From positions 267,587 through 331,586 of the forward strand of contig CAZNEE010000001.1 of NCBI GenBank assembly GCA_964572255.1: a stretch of DNA of 64,000 bases, in the 5' to 3' direction. The stretch is from an uncultured Planctomycetia bacterium. GTDB lineage: Bacteria; Omnitrophota; Gorgyraeia; Tantalellales; Tantalellaceae. A model generated the notes under the pieces. That model was not told the DNA's origin and made no database searches. It saw only the letters and a list, made by a program, of their open reading frames with translations. Each line of letters begins with the position of its first letter. Within the stretch, counting starts at the first letter, position 1. Of this stretch, positions 10,935 through 20,433 are shown piece by piece. Both the position numbers and the translations under genes were made by a program.

Positions 10935-11648
10935 TTGAAAGATTTGTTATCAAAGTTTAAAAAAGACCCGTTGGGCTTCATTAAAAGGGCATTATATAAG
11001 ATCGTCATAGGTCCGTTGAAATACAACAAGGGCAATGATTATGACGCAGCTAACTATTGGAGGGATAGGTTCGAAAAGCACGGCCAAACGCTCAAGGGAG
11101 CAGGTGATGAAGGTCTTTCTGAAGAAGAGAATAAAGAGCATTATGAAAAAGCAGCGAAAGTATTTACATCTTTTTGCATGAAGGAAGGAATAGACTTTAA
11201 AAATTCGGATGTTTTGGAGATAGGAGTCGGGACAGGATTCTATACCCGGCTTCTTCATGACTTGGGAGTGAGAAAGTATACAGGCGTTGATATAACGGAT
11301 GTCTTTTTCAGTAAGCATAAAAACAATTTCCCCCAATTTAAATTTGTTAAGAAGGATATTACTGTGGATAAATTGGAAGGCAAATATGACCTGATTGTCA
11401 TGATAGATGTTATAGAGCACATAGTGAATGAAAAGAAGTTTGCGTCTGCCATGGAAAACGTCAGGAATTCTTTATCGGATGACGGTATTTTTGTTGTGGC
11501 TCCGGTGATGGATGAAGATAAAAAGCATCTTTTCTATCTGAGTTCGCATTCTTTGCAAGATATAAAGAATAAATTTCCGGGGTATAGATTTTCAGAACCC
11601 ATGCCCTTTAGGGATGGAAATATTATCGGTATTAAAAAATACACTTAG
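10935..11648 (+). CDS. Class I SAM-dependent methyltransferase
   Basis: VLEIGVGTG, GVDIT, DVIEHI; TTG start after GAGGAG. Confidence 0.85.
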   Translation: MKDLLSKFKKDPLGFIKRALYKIVIGPLKYNKGNDYDAANYWRDRFEKHGQTLKGAGDEGLSEEENKEHYEKAAKVFTSFCMKEGIDFKNSDVLEIGVGTGFYTRLLHDLGVRKYTGVDITDVFFSKHKNNFPQFKFVKKDITVDKLEGKYDLIVMIDVIEHIVNEKKFASAMENVRNSLSDDGIFVVAPVMDEDKKHLFYLSSHSLQDIKNKFPGYRFSEPMPFRDGNIIGIKKYT

Positions 11649-11649
11649 C

Positions 11650-12585
11650 ATGAAGAGAGTTATAATTATTTTAGTATGGGTTATAGTAGTTGCGGCTCTC
11701 ATTTTTTACCTCGTGTCGCACGCTGAAGACATAAAAAGGCTTTTAAGGCTTTCCCTATACGATATTGCCTTGCTTGCTGTTTTGAACATAATAACACAGT
11801 TCATAAATGCCTTGAAAATAATGTTTATTATAAGGAAAACCGGATTAAGGTTAGGGATAAAAGAATGTTTCAGCCTGGCTTCGGTGAACAGCGTGATAAA
11901 CTATCTGCCGTTTAAGGGCGGGGCGTTTGCTCTTGCTTTTTATTTCAAAGATAAACACAAACTTTCATATATGAATTTCATTAATATAATAGTTGCCAGC
12001 CATCTGATAATGATATCAACCGCCGCGTTATTTTCATCTGTTTTTATTGTATCCCATTATTTTTTTACTGGGATTTTTCTTGATAAATTTTTCTCCATAT
12101 TCAGCTTTCTGTTTATCATAACGGTTGCGGCAATATTTTTCTTAAAGAGATTTCGCGACAAACCTGCATCGGTCATTACAAAATGGGATAAGGTAAAAGA
12201 GGCGATAGCCGGGTTAAACATAATTTTTGCTGATAAGGTACTTTTATTTCAGCTGGTTCTTTTAAATTTTATTTCTGTAGTGATCATCGGAATGCGTTTT
12301 TCTGTTTGTTTCAGAATGGTTTCATTCAGCGCCCCGCTTTTACTATCGCTTCTTGCCGGGGGAGTGAAAATATTGGCTATGGCTCTAAGCATCATACCTT
12401 CAGGCTTGGGGATAGCAGAGCTATTTGCAGGCGGCATTTCAAATATGATGGATTCAGGGGCGAATATAGGAGTATACGCCGCATTTATAGACAGGATAGT
12501 GTCTGTAATAGTTTTACTGGCTGTAGGAACAGTATCGTTTGGATATCTTTATAAACATAGAAATGTTAAATCTACACAAACATAA
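11650..12585 (+). CDS. LPG-synthase TM / UPF0104 (AglD C-terminal-like) putative flippase
   Basis: About 8 TMs; NYLPFKGG, IIPSGLGIAE and DRI motifs. Confidence 0.7.
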   Translation: MKRVIIILVWVIVVAALIFYLVSHAEDIKRLLRLSLYDIALLAVLNIITQFINALKIMFIIRKTGLRLGIKECFSLASVNSVINYLPFKGGAFALAFYFKDKHKLSYMNFINIIVASHLIMISTAALFSSVFIVSHYFFTGIFLDKFFSIFSFLFIITVAAIFFLKRFRDKPASVITKWDKVKEAIAGLNIIFADKVLLFQLVLLNFISVVIIGMRFSVCFRMVSFSAPLLLSLLAGGVKILAMALSIIPSGLGIAELFAGGISNMMDSGANIGVYAAFIDRIVSVIVLLAVGTVSFGYLYKHRNVKSTQT

Positions 12586-12591
12586 GAACAG

Positions 12592-13644
12592 ATGAAAGTA
12601 GCGTTTTATTCATATCCTTCAGCTTTTCAGAACCCAGGGGGTGGGGAGATCCAGCTTCTCAAGACAAAAGAACACCTGGAAAAGGCCGGGGTGGATGTTA
12701 AGTTCTTCGATCAGTGGCATGACAAGTTCGATGATTTCGACGTGCTTCATGTATTTGGTTCTGTTAAGGATTGCGTGGGGCTGATGCGAACTGCGAGGAA
12801 TAAGGGGGTGAAAGTCGCTATAAGTTCTATATTCTGGTCCAGTTTTAAAAGAGCTTTGCATGAGGGGGGAACGAGCGGGAAAAAACTCGAGCTTTTTGCA
12901 AGACATCTGACAAAACTGATATTTCCATATCTTCCTACGGGAAGAAGGAAGACCATGGCGCTTTCAGATATTATTTTTCCCAACGCTGAGGCGGAGGGAG
13001 AACAGCTTGTGCGTTTATTCGGCATATCACGCGAAAAAATCAAAGTTGTTCCCAACGGAATTGATGAAAGATTCATGTTTGCAAAGCCGGATCCTTTTAT
13101 TGAAAAATTCGGGATGAAGGATTTTGTTTTAGCTGTCGGCAGGATCGAACCCAGGAAAAATCAGCTCAATCTAATAAAAGCCCTTAATGATTCAGGTTTT
13201 AAATTGGTAATAGTAGGCGATCCTGTTTCGGATTACATGGATTACTATAAAAAATGCCGCAGCATTGCAAAACAAAATATTGTTTTTCTTGGGGGGATAC
13301 CTCACGAAGATGAACTTTTAGCTTCCGGTTATGCTGCGTGCAAGGTTTTTGCTGCACCCGGCTGGTTTGAGACTCCGGGATTAGCAGCTCTTGAAGCGGC
13401 GGCCGCAGGTGCAAGTATTGCTATCACAAAGTATGGATGCACGGAGGAGTATTTCGGGGATGAAGCGTCTTATTTTGACCCTTCAAACATAAAGCAAATA
13501 CGGGAAGCGGTGAAAGAAGCGTCAGATGTAAGCGAAGAAAAGAAAAAACTCCTAAAAGAGCGCATAAGAAATAATTACTTGTGGGAAAATGTAGCAAGGG
13601 AAACGCTCAGCGGGTACGAATCCATTCTAAAGGCGAACAAATGA
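12592..13644 (+). CDS. Glycosyltransferase family 4
   Basis: PGGGE, VPNG, GRIEPRKNQ, ETPGLAALEA. Confidence 0.9.
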   Translation: MKVAFYSYPSAFQNPGGGEIQLLKTKEHLEKAGVDVKFFDQWHDKFDDFDVLHVFGSVKDCVGLMRTARNKGVKVAISSIFWSSFKRALHEGGTSGKKLELFARHLTKLIFPYLPTGRRKTMALSDIIFPNAEAEGEQLVRLFGISREKIKVVPNGIDERFMFAKPDPFIEKFGMKDFVLAVGRIEPRKNQLNLIKALNDSGFKLVIVGDPVSDYMDYYKKCRSIAKQNIVFLGGIPHEDELLASGYAACKVFAAPGWFETPGLAALEAAAAGASIAITKYGCTEEYFGDEASYFDPSNIKQIREAVKEASDVSEEKKKLLKERIRNNYLWENVARETLSGYESILKANK

Positions 13645-14756
13645 AAAAAAGAATCCTTTTCGTAGTAGGGACAAGACCGGAGATAATAAAGACAGCTTCC
13701 GTTGTGCAGGAACTCAAGAAGGATAAGTCTTTTCGGGTGGGGGTATGTTTAAGCGGACAGCATATTTCAATGGTCACCCAGATGCTTGAGGATTTCAATA
13801 TAAAGCCAGATCATGATCTTAAGATCATGAAGGACGCTCAATCCCTCATTACTATAAAGAAAAATCTTATACCCGTGTTAGATGAAGTTTATGATAATTT
13901 TAAGCCTGACCTGGTTTTTGTCCAGGGTGATACCACCACAGCCCTCATTGCCGCGCTTGTTGCCTTTTACAAAAAGATAAAGGTGGCGCATATAGAAGCA
14001 GGGCTTAGGACGTTTGACAGGAATTTCCCGTTTCCGGAGGAGATGAACCGCATCCTGATAACCAGGCTTACAGATCTTCATTTTGCCCCTACACGTGCGG
14101 CAAGATCAAATCTTGTAAGGGAAGGGGTAAGCAGGAGAAGTATTTTTGTAACAGGCAATACAGGCATAGATTCTTTAAAGTATATTATCGATAAGGAATA
14201 TGATTTCATTGATAAGCATCTCCAAAAAATGCAATGGGACAGGAAAATAATTCTTCTCACTGCGCATAGAAGGGAGAATTTCGGTAAGGGGCTTGCCGAT
14301 GTTTTTAAAGCGGCCAAAAAAATAGCATCAAAATATGAAGATATTTTGGTGATCTATCCCGTTCACCCTAATCCAAATGTACAAAAGCCCGCGAATCGAT
14401 TACTCTCCGGAGCTAAAAATGTGCTTTTGCTTAACAATTTGCATTATAGAGATCTGGTAAAACTGATGAAGGTGAGCCATGTAATACTTACAGATTCCGG
14501 GGGCATACAGGAAGAGGCCCCTTCTCTGGGAAAGCCGGTTTTGATCTTAAGGGATAAAACCGAAAGACCCGAAGTCGTAAGGGCCGGCTGTGCCAAGATC
14601 GTCGGCACTGACGGAGATGTTATTATTGATAATCTGGAAAAGCTGCTTTTTGATGAAAATTTATATAAAAAGATGTCAGTTCCGAGAGATATTTTCGGCA
14701 AAGGTATCGCTTCAAAGATAATAGCCAAGAAAGTAAAAGCTTTTTTGAAAGGATAA
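13641..14756 (+). CDS. wecB: UDP-N-acetylglucosamine 2-epimerase (non-hydrolysing)
   Basis: GTRPEIIK, GQH, QGDTTT, HIEAGLR, PFPEEMNR, TDSGGIQEEA. Confidence 0.95.
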   Translation: MKKRILFVVGTRPEIIKTASVVQELKKDKSFRVGVCLSGQHISMVTQMLEDFNIKPDHDLKIMKDAQSLITIKKNLIPVLDEVYDNFKPDLVFVQGDTTTALIAALVAFYKKIKVAHIEAGLRTFDRNFPFPEEMNRILITRLTDLHFAPTRAARSNLVREGVSRRSIFVTGNTGIDSLKYIIDKEYDFIDKHLQKMQWDRKIILLTAHRRENFGKGLADVFKAAKKIASKYEDILVIYPVHPNPNVQKPANRLLSGAKNVLLLNNLHYRDLVKLMKVSHVILTDSGGIQEEAPSLGKPVLILRDKTERPEVVRAGCAKIVGTDGDVIIDNLEKLLFDENLYKKMSVPRDIFGKGIASKIIAKKVKAFLKG

Positions 14757-14759
14757 AAA

Positions 14760-15446
14760 ATGAAAATCTCGATCCTGATGCCTGTTTATAATGAGATAAA
14801 AACGATCAAGGATGTCCTGCAGCTGGTGAAGGCGATAGAGCTCGATAAGGAGATAATACTGGTCGATGACTATTCGACTGACGGGACGAGGGAGCTTTTG
14901 AAAAAGGAATACGGTGACGGTTTCGGCGAGGTAAGGGTTTTTTATCATAAAAAAAATAAAGGCAAAGGAGCCGCCATAAGAACGGCTTTGGAGAACGCTA
15001 AGGGAGAATACGTTATCGTGCAGGATGCCGATATGGAATATTCACCGAATGATATGATCACCATGACGAAATTTGCCGAAGAAACAGGGGCGGAAGCGGT
15101 TTACGGGTCGCGCTTCCTCAAGACGTGGAGAACGACATCTTTCCCTCATTTTTTGGTGAATAAAACACTTACCGTGTTGACCAATATTTTATTCGGCGGT
15201 TCCTTGACCGATATGGAGACATGCTACAAGATGGTAAAGACCGATGTGATACGCAGCCTTAACATAAAGGCGGAAAGGTTCGAATTTGAACCGGAAGTAA
15301 GCGCAAAACTTCTCAAAAAAGGCGTAAAAATCAAAGAGATACCCGTGTCTTACCGCGGGCGCGGATACGATGAGGGCAAAAAGATCGGCTGGCGCGATGG
15401 GGTGGAAGCGGTAATGACGATATTTCGTTTAAAATTTTCTAAGTGA
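14760..15446 (+). CDS. DPM1-like polyprenol-phosphate glycosyltransferase (GT2)
   Basis: MPVYNE, VDDYSTDGT, NKGKGAA, QDADMEY, YGSRF, DMETCYK, EGKKI.W.DG. Confidence 0.88.
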   Translation: MKISILMPVYNEIKTIKDVLQLVKAIELDKEIILVDDYSTDGTRELLKKEYGDGFGEVRVFYHKKNKGKGAAIRTALENAKGEYVIVQDADMEYSPNDMITMTKFAEETGAEAVYGSRFLKTWRTTSFPHFLVNKTLTVLTNILFGGSLTDMETCYKMVKTDVIRSLNIKAERFEFEPEVSAKLLKKGVKIKEIPVSYRGRGYDEGKKIGWRDGVEAVMTIFRLKFSK

Positions 15447-15475
15447 TTTTTAATATATAAGCTATCAAAAACACT

Positions 15476-16567
15476 ATGAGATATGTTTTTAAGAAAAAGA
15501 TCTATATAGTCCTTTTTTCTATTCTCGATACTGTTGGCAGCATCATTTTCTTTCCCATCAGGCTTTTTAGTTCAAAAAAGGATATTGACCCCAAAAGAAT
15601 ACTTCTTATAAGGGCAGATCATATAGGGGATGTTATTAATGCAACAGTAGCATTAAGGCCCTTGAAGGATAAATTCCCCAACTCACGACTTGATCTTCTT
15701 GTCCCTTCATGGGCGGTTGATCTGGTGAAGGGTGATCCTTCTATTGATAATGTTATGGATTTTGACGCACCTTGGTTTGACAGGAAAAAGCGCGGTATTT
15801 TGGATACTATTAAAGGTTTCTGCGATATGGTAAAAATTATACGCAGAGGAAATTACGATATCGCGATCGATCTAAGAGGGGATGCAAGACATATAGCCGC
15901 GATGTTTTTAGCGGGCGTTAAAAACAGAATAGGGTATGGGATCACAGGGGGAGGGTTTCTCCTTACTGATCAAGTGCGGTACAAGGGAAAAATGCATGAG
16001 GCCGAGCGGAATATAGCGCTTTTAGAATCTCTCGGGATAAAAGCGTTTACCCATGATGTGAAGCTGCATTTATCAGCGGATGAAGAAAATATATCTTTTT
16101 TAAAGAAAGAGTTTGGGGTCGAAGGCCCTTATGTAATATTGCATCCTGTTCCCGGACATTCTGCAAAAGAGTGGGATGATTCTCATTTTGCCCGTTTGGC
16201 AGAATACTTGTATAGGGAAAAGGGGTTTCTGCCGGTGTTTGTTGGAAGTTCACAAGACAGCGGAAGAATTAGCAAGATAAAAGAAGCTGTGAATATTGAT
16301 TTAGTGGATCTTTCCGGGAAGACAAGACTTGTTGAGTTGGGGAAGCTTTTGAAAGGCGCTTCTTTATTTATTGGGGTAGATTCAGGTCCCGCGCATATTG
16401 CGGCGGCAATGGGCGCTCCTACTATCATACTTTTTAGCGGCGCTAATGATCCCTCGCAATGGGCGCCTAAGGGCGAGAATGTAAAAATAATTTATCCCGG
16501 AAAAGGCAAAGATCTTTCCTTGATCAAGCCGGAAGATATTTTTAGTGTGGTGGATAAAATTATATGA
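15476..16567 (+). CDS. Glycosyltransferase family 9 (heptosyltransferase-like)
   Basis: RADHIGD, KEW, DLSGKT, DSGPAHIAAA. Confidence 0.9.
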   Translation: MRYVFKKKIYIVLFSILDTVGSIIFFPIRLFSSKKDIDPKRILLIRADHIGDVINATVALRPLKDKFPNSRLDLLVPSWAVDLVKGDPSIDNVMDFDAPWFDRKKRGILDTIKGFCDMVKIIRRGNYDIAIDLRGDARHIAAMFLAGVKNRIGYGITGGGFLLTDQVRYKGKMHEAERNIALLESLGIKAFTHDVKLHLSADEENISFLKKEFGVEGPYVILHPVPGHSAKEWDDSHFARLAEYLYREKGFLPVFVGSSQDSGRISKIKEAVNIDLVDLSGKTRLVELGKLLKGASLFIGVDSGPAHIAAAMGAPTIILFSGANDPSQWAPKGENVKIIYPGKGKDLSLIKPEDIFSVVDKII

Positions 16568-16589
16568 AAAGTTTTGAAAGGATGAATAG

Positions 16590-17669
16590 ATGAGGATCGG
16601 ATTTGATGCAAGAATGATGACGCATCCGGGCATAGGCCGATATATTGGATGTCTTCTTAGAGAGATGATAAAGCAGGCGGGCAAGGATGAATTCCTGCTT
16701 TTTGGGGATCCGGAACATTTACAAGAGTTCAGGGATAATGAAAACGTGAAACTTATATCCTGGAAAGCGCCTGTTTATTCGATCAAAGAACAGATAACTT
16801 TACCATATAATGCGGAAAAAATAGACTTACTTCACGTGCCGCATTTTAATATACCGGTTTTCTATCGAGGGAAGATGGTTGTCACTACCCATGACCTTAT
16901 TTATCTTCTTTTTGCCGGGTCGGCTCCTTCAGCTTTAGCAAAATATTACGCACGATTTATGATAGGGACTGCCCTAAAGAAAGCAAAAGGCGTTATTGCT
17001 GTTTCAAAACATACTAGGGATGATCTTACAAAGGTTTTCGGGAGTGCTTATTCTGATAAAATAAAGGTCATCTATGAAGCAGCCGACAAAGCCTTTCATC
17101 AGGAGGATATAGCCATTACGGACCTTGTTCGCCGGAAATATCACCTGTCAGACAAGGTCATTTTGTACGCAGGCAGTGTGAAACCTCACAAAAATGTCGC
17201 GACCCTGCTTAAAGTGTATAAACTTTTGAAGAAATGGGGCGCTCCGCATCAGTTGGTCATAGTAGGGAAGTGGGATAAAAAAGAGAACTATCTTAAACCC
17301 ATGATGGCTGATGAAAATATCAGATATTTGGGTGAGGTCCCCTTTGAAGACTTGGAAGCTTTATATTGTCTTTCCGATGTTCTTGTTCACCTTTCACTAT
17401 ATGAAGGTTTCGGGCTCACGGTACTTGAGGCCATGCAATGCGGTACTCCGGTCGTTGTATCCGAGAAAACTTCTCTTCCTGAAGTAGCGGGTGAAGCCGC
17501 TCTTACTGTTCCGCCGCTTAACGTTGAACAGATAGCCGATTCTGTGTTTAATGTGCTTGTTAATAGCGAACTAAGAGCCGGAATGATAGGTGCCGGTCTT
17601 GAGCGCGCAAAGCAATTCTCATGGGAGAGGGCCGCCCGCGAAACACTCGAATTATATCGAAGTATCTAA
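16590..17669 (+). CDS. Glycosyltransferase family 4
   Basis: GIGRY, THDL, PHKN, YEGFGLTVLEAM, FSWER. Confidence 0.9.
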   Translation: MRIGFDARMMTHPGIGRYIGCLLREMIKQAGKDEFLLFGDPEHLQEFRDNENVKLISWKAPVYSIKEQITLPYNAEKIDLLHVPHFNIPVFYRGKMVVTTHDLIYLLFAGSAPSALAKYYARFMIGTALKKAKGVIAVSKHTRDDLTKVFGSAYSDKIKVIYEAADKAFHQEDIAITDLVRRKYHLSDKVILYAGSVKPHKNVATLLKVYKLLKKWGAPHQLVIVGKWDKKENYLKPMMADENIRYLGEVPFEDLEALYCLSDVLVHLSLYEGFGLTVLEAMQCGTPVVVSEKTSLPEVAGEAALTVPPLNVEQIADSVFNVLVNSELRAGMIGAGLERAKQFSWERAARETLELYRSI

Positions 17670-17686
17670 AAATATCTTACCAGGGG

Positions 17687-17765
17687 TAAGAATACAGTAT
17701 ATTTCCTACCAGGGCCCCTCCGCCCGGTGTGGATCCTCCCTGTACGGGAACATACTGTATTCTTA
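17687..17765. repeat. Intergenic long inverted repeat (MITE-like or large RNA hairpin)
   Basis: TAAGAATACAGTAT (17687-17700) and ATACTGTATTCTTA (17752-17765) form a perfect 14-bp IR; imperfect pairing extends to about 28 bp. Confidence 0.75.
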
Positions 17766-17810
17766 TACGCAGAACAAAATATTTTTATATGCGTCTAAAA
17801 CATTAACTAG

Positions 17811-17839
17811 TTTACGTGGCGGCCTTAAGTTTGTATAAT
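17811..17839 (+). promoter_or_regulatory. Sigma70-type promoter
   Basis: TTTACG (17811-16), 17-bp spacer, TATAAT (17834-39); ATG follows at 17848. Confidence 0.6.
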
Positions 17840-17847
17840 GTAATACT

Positions 17848-19005
17848 ATGAATAATATTAAAGTAGCTTTAGTGCACGATTGGCTTACCGGCATGAGGGG
17901 CGGGGAAAAATGCCTTGAGGTGTTTTGCGAACTTTTTCCTGAAGCGACGGTTTTTACCCTGATACATAAAAAAGGAAGTGTTTCTCCCACGATCGAAAAG
18001 ATGAAGATCCAAACGTCTTTTCTGCAGAATATTCCCGGCATTTTTAAAAATTATAGGAATTTTTTGCCTTTTTATCCTGCCGCGGTAGAAAATTTCAACT
18101 TGGGCGGATATGATCTTGTATTGAGCTCAAGCCATTGCGTGGCTAAAGGCGTCAATGCTCCTTCCAATGCTTTGCATATATGTTATTGTTATACCCCCAT
18201 GAGGTATGCCTGGAAGTTTTTTGACGAGTATTTTGCCGGTGAAAATAAGTTGAAAAGATGGGCGATCTCGGCTGCTGTTAAGTATTTGAAAAGATGGGAT
18301 TTACGATCCAACAAAAAAGTTGATTATTTTATAGCCATATCGGATAATGTTAAGAATCGAATCGGTGAATTTTACAAGCGGGAGGCGGATGTCATATATC
18401 CTCCCGCAGATATAGATGCTCATGCCAAATTGGGCAAGGATGAGGGATTTTATTTGATTGTTTCGGCCCTGGTTCCTTATAAAAAGGTCGACCTTGCCGT
18501 TAAGGTCTTTAACGAGAATGGGAAGCCTCTTATTGTAATAGGGAGCGGTCCGGAATTCTCCAGACTCCAAAAAGAGTCAAAGAGTAACATTTCTTTTCGG
18601 GGGTGGGCTTCAGACAGTGAGCTGAATGACTATTATGCTGATTGCAGTGCGCTCATATTTCCCGGGGAAGAGGATTTTGGTATAGTTCCGGTCGAGGCGC
18701 AATCTCACGGTAAACCGGTGATCGCGTATGCCAAGGGGGGAGCTCTTGAGACCATAATTCCCTTTAGTGAAGAACTGGGGATGGCCAGCGGTGCCAGTGC
18801 CACCGGGGTATTTTTTAAAGAACAGACCGCGGCTTCCCTGAAAGAGGCGATCGAGACTTTTGAGAAAAACCGAAGTGTTTTTGATCCGGATATCATAAGA
18901 GACAATGCTTTAAAGTTTAATCGCGGACGTTTTAAACGCGAAATACGCGAATACATTGATTCAAAATGGGAGTTTCACGTTAAAAAACAACTTGGTAAAG
19001 TATAG
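17848..19005 (+). CDS. Glycosyltransferase family 4 (WbaZ-like)
   Basis: HDWLTGMRGGE, YTPMRY, LVPYKKVD, EEDFGIVPVEA. Confidence 0.9.
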   Translation: MNNIKVALVHDWLTGMRGGEKCLEVFCELFPEATVFTLIHKKGSVSPTIEKMKIQTSFLQNIPGIFKNYRNFLPFYPAAVENFNLGGYDLVLSSSHCVAKGVNAPSNALHICYCYTPMRYAWKFFDEYFAGENKLKRWAISAAVKYLKRWDLRSNKKVDYFIAISDNVKNRIGEFYKREADVIYPPADIDAHAKLGKDEGFYLIVSALVPYKKVDLAVKVFNENGKPLIVIGSGPEFSRLQKESKSNISFRGWASDSELNDYYADCSALIFPGEEDFGIVPVEAQSHGKPVIAYAKGGALETIIPFSEELGMASGASATGVFFKEQTAASLKEAIETFEKNRSVFDPDIIRDNALKFNRGRFKREIREYIDSKWEFHVKKQLGKV

Positions 19006-19026
19006 TTTACTTACCTTTTACTTAAA

Positions 19027-20421
19027 ATGAAGATACGCAATGATGTACGAATAGCCGCTGTTTTAATGGCGGGAGATATTCTTGCCATTAATCTGGGTTT
19101 TCTCTTTTCATATTGGCTCAGGTTCAACTCAGGCCTTTTTAAGGTTTTTTACGGGGTACCTCACGTGAGCAGTTACTATAAAGTTCTTCCCATCCTGACC
19201 GTTATTTTCATATTCCTTATGCGTTCTGAAAGGCTTTATTCTGTCAGGTCACGCCTTTCGATCGTTGATGAGTTCTTTACTATCGTTAAAACCGTGACAA
19301 TAGGCATATTGATCTTCATGGCAGCTACTTTTATATACCGTGAATTCAATTTTTCACGGGGGATGCTGTTAGTATCATGGGCTGTTTTGATCCTTTTTTT
19401 AAGCGGGTGGAGATTCCTGGTAAACAGGATGAGGTTTGTTTTAAGAGAGCGTAATGGGAAAAGCCGGAATCTTCTTATAATAGGTGACGGATCAATGGCG
19501 GAACGTTTAGTGCAGCACATATCGAATGATCCCCATTGGGACTATAACATCAAGGGTATTGTGCGGACAGAAAATAGTACTTCCGGGAATATAGCCAGTG
19601 CTCCGATCCTAGGAAGCCTGAATGAACTTTCAAGCGTTATCGATAAAAATAATATAAATGAGATCATTCTTACTGAAACCGAAATGCCCCGATCAAAAAT
19701 AATGGATATCATTTTTGAATGCGAAAAGCGCATGGTTGAATTCCGGTTGGTGGCGGACCTCTTGGGTTTAGTTACATCCCAGGTGGACATGAGAACGATT
19801 GACGGCGTGCCGCTTCTGAGCCTGAAAGAATCGCCCCTGGCAGAAGGGTATAATGTGTTTTTGAAGAGGTTCATGGATATTATCGTATCAGCAAGCGGGT
19901 TAATAATACTTTCGCCGGTTTTTCTCGTTATTGCGGCATTGGTTAAATTGGGTTCTCCGGGCCCCGTGTTTTATTTCCAGAAAAGAATAGGCGAAGACGG
20001 CCGGCGTTTCGCTATGATAAAGTTCCGTACGATGATCGAAAATGCGGAAAAAGGCGTGGGGCGTGTATGGGCTCAGGAAAATGACCCCAGAAGGACAAAA
20101 TTAGGAACATTTTTAAGAAGATGTAATCTCGATGAACTGCCTCAGCTCATAAATGTTTTAAAAGGAGAGATGAGCCTTGTCGGCCCCAGGCCGGAGAGGC
20201 CGCATTTTGTCGGGAAATTCAAGGAAGATATCCCGAGGTACATGGCTCGTCACAAAATAAAGTCCGGCATGACCGGGTGGGCGCAGGTTAACGGACTCAG
20301 GGGGAATACATCGATAGAAGAGCGCACCAAGTATGATCTTTACTATATCGAGAATTGGTCGCTTGCGTTCGATCTGAAAATACTTTTAATGTCGGTATTC
20401 GCGATGAAGAACGCGTATTAG
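19027..20421 (+). CDS. Undecaprenyl-phosphate hexose-1-phosphate transferase (WcaJ/GumD-type priming enzyme)
   Basis: 4 N-terminal TMs, KRFMD, KFRTM, DPRRT, LDELPQL, SLVGPRPE, GMTGWAQV, DLYYIENWS. Confidence 0.93.
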   Translation: MKIRNDVRIAAVLMAGDILAINLGFLFSYWLRFNSGLFKVFYGVPHVSSYYKVLPILTVIFIFLMRSERLYSVRSRLSIVDEFFTIVKTVTIGILIFMAATFIYREFNFSRGMLLVSWAVLILFLSGWRFLVNRMRFVLRERNGKSRNLLIIGDGSMAERLVQHISNDPHWDYNIKGIVRTENSTSGNIASAPILGSLNELSSVIDKNNINEIILTETEMPRSKIMDIIFECEKRMVEFRLVADLLGLVTSQVDMRTIDGVPLLSLKESPLAEGYNVFLKRFMDIIVSASGLIILSPVFLVIAALVKLGSPGPVFYFQKRIGEDGRRFAMIKFRTMIENAEKGVGRVWAQENDPRRTKLGTFLRRCNLDELPQLINVLKGEMSLVGPRPERPHFVGKFKEDIPRYMARHKIKSGMTGWAQVNGLRGNTSIEERTKYDLYYIENWSLAFDLKILLMSVFAMKNAY

Positions 20422-20433
20422 TTTGGCAAAATC

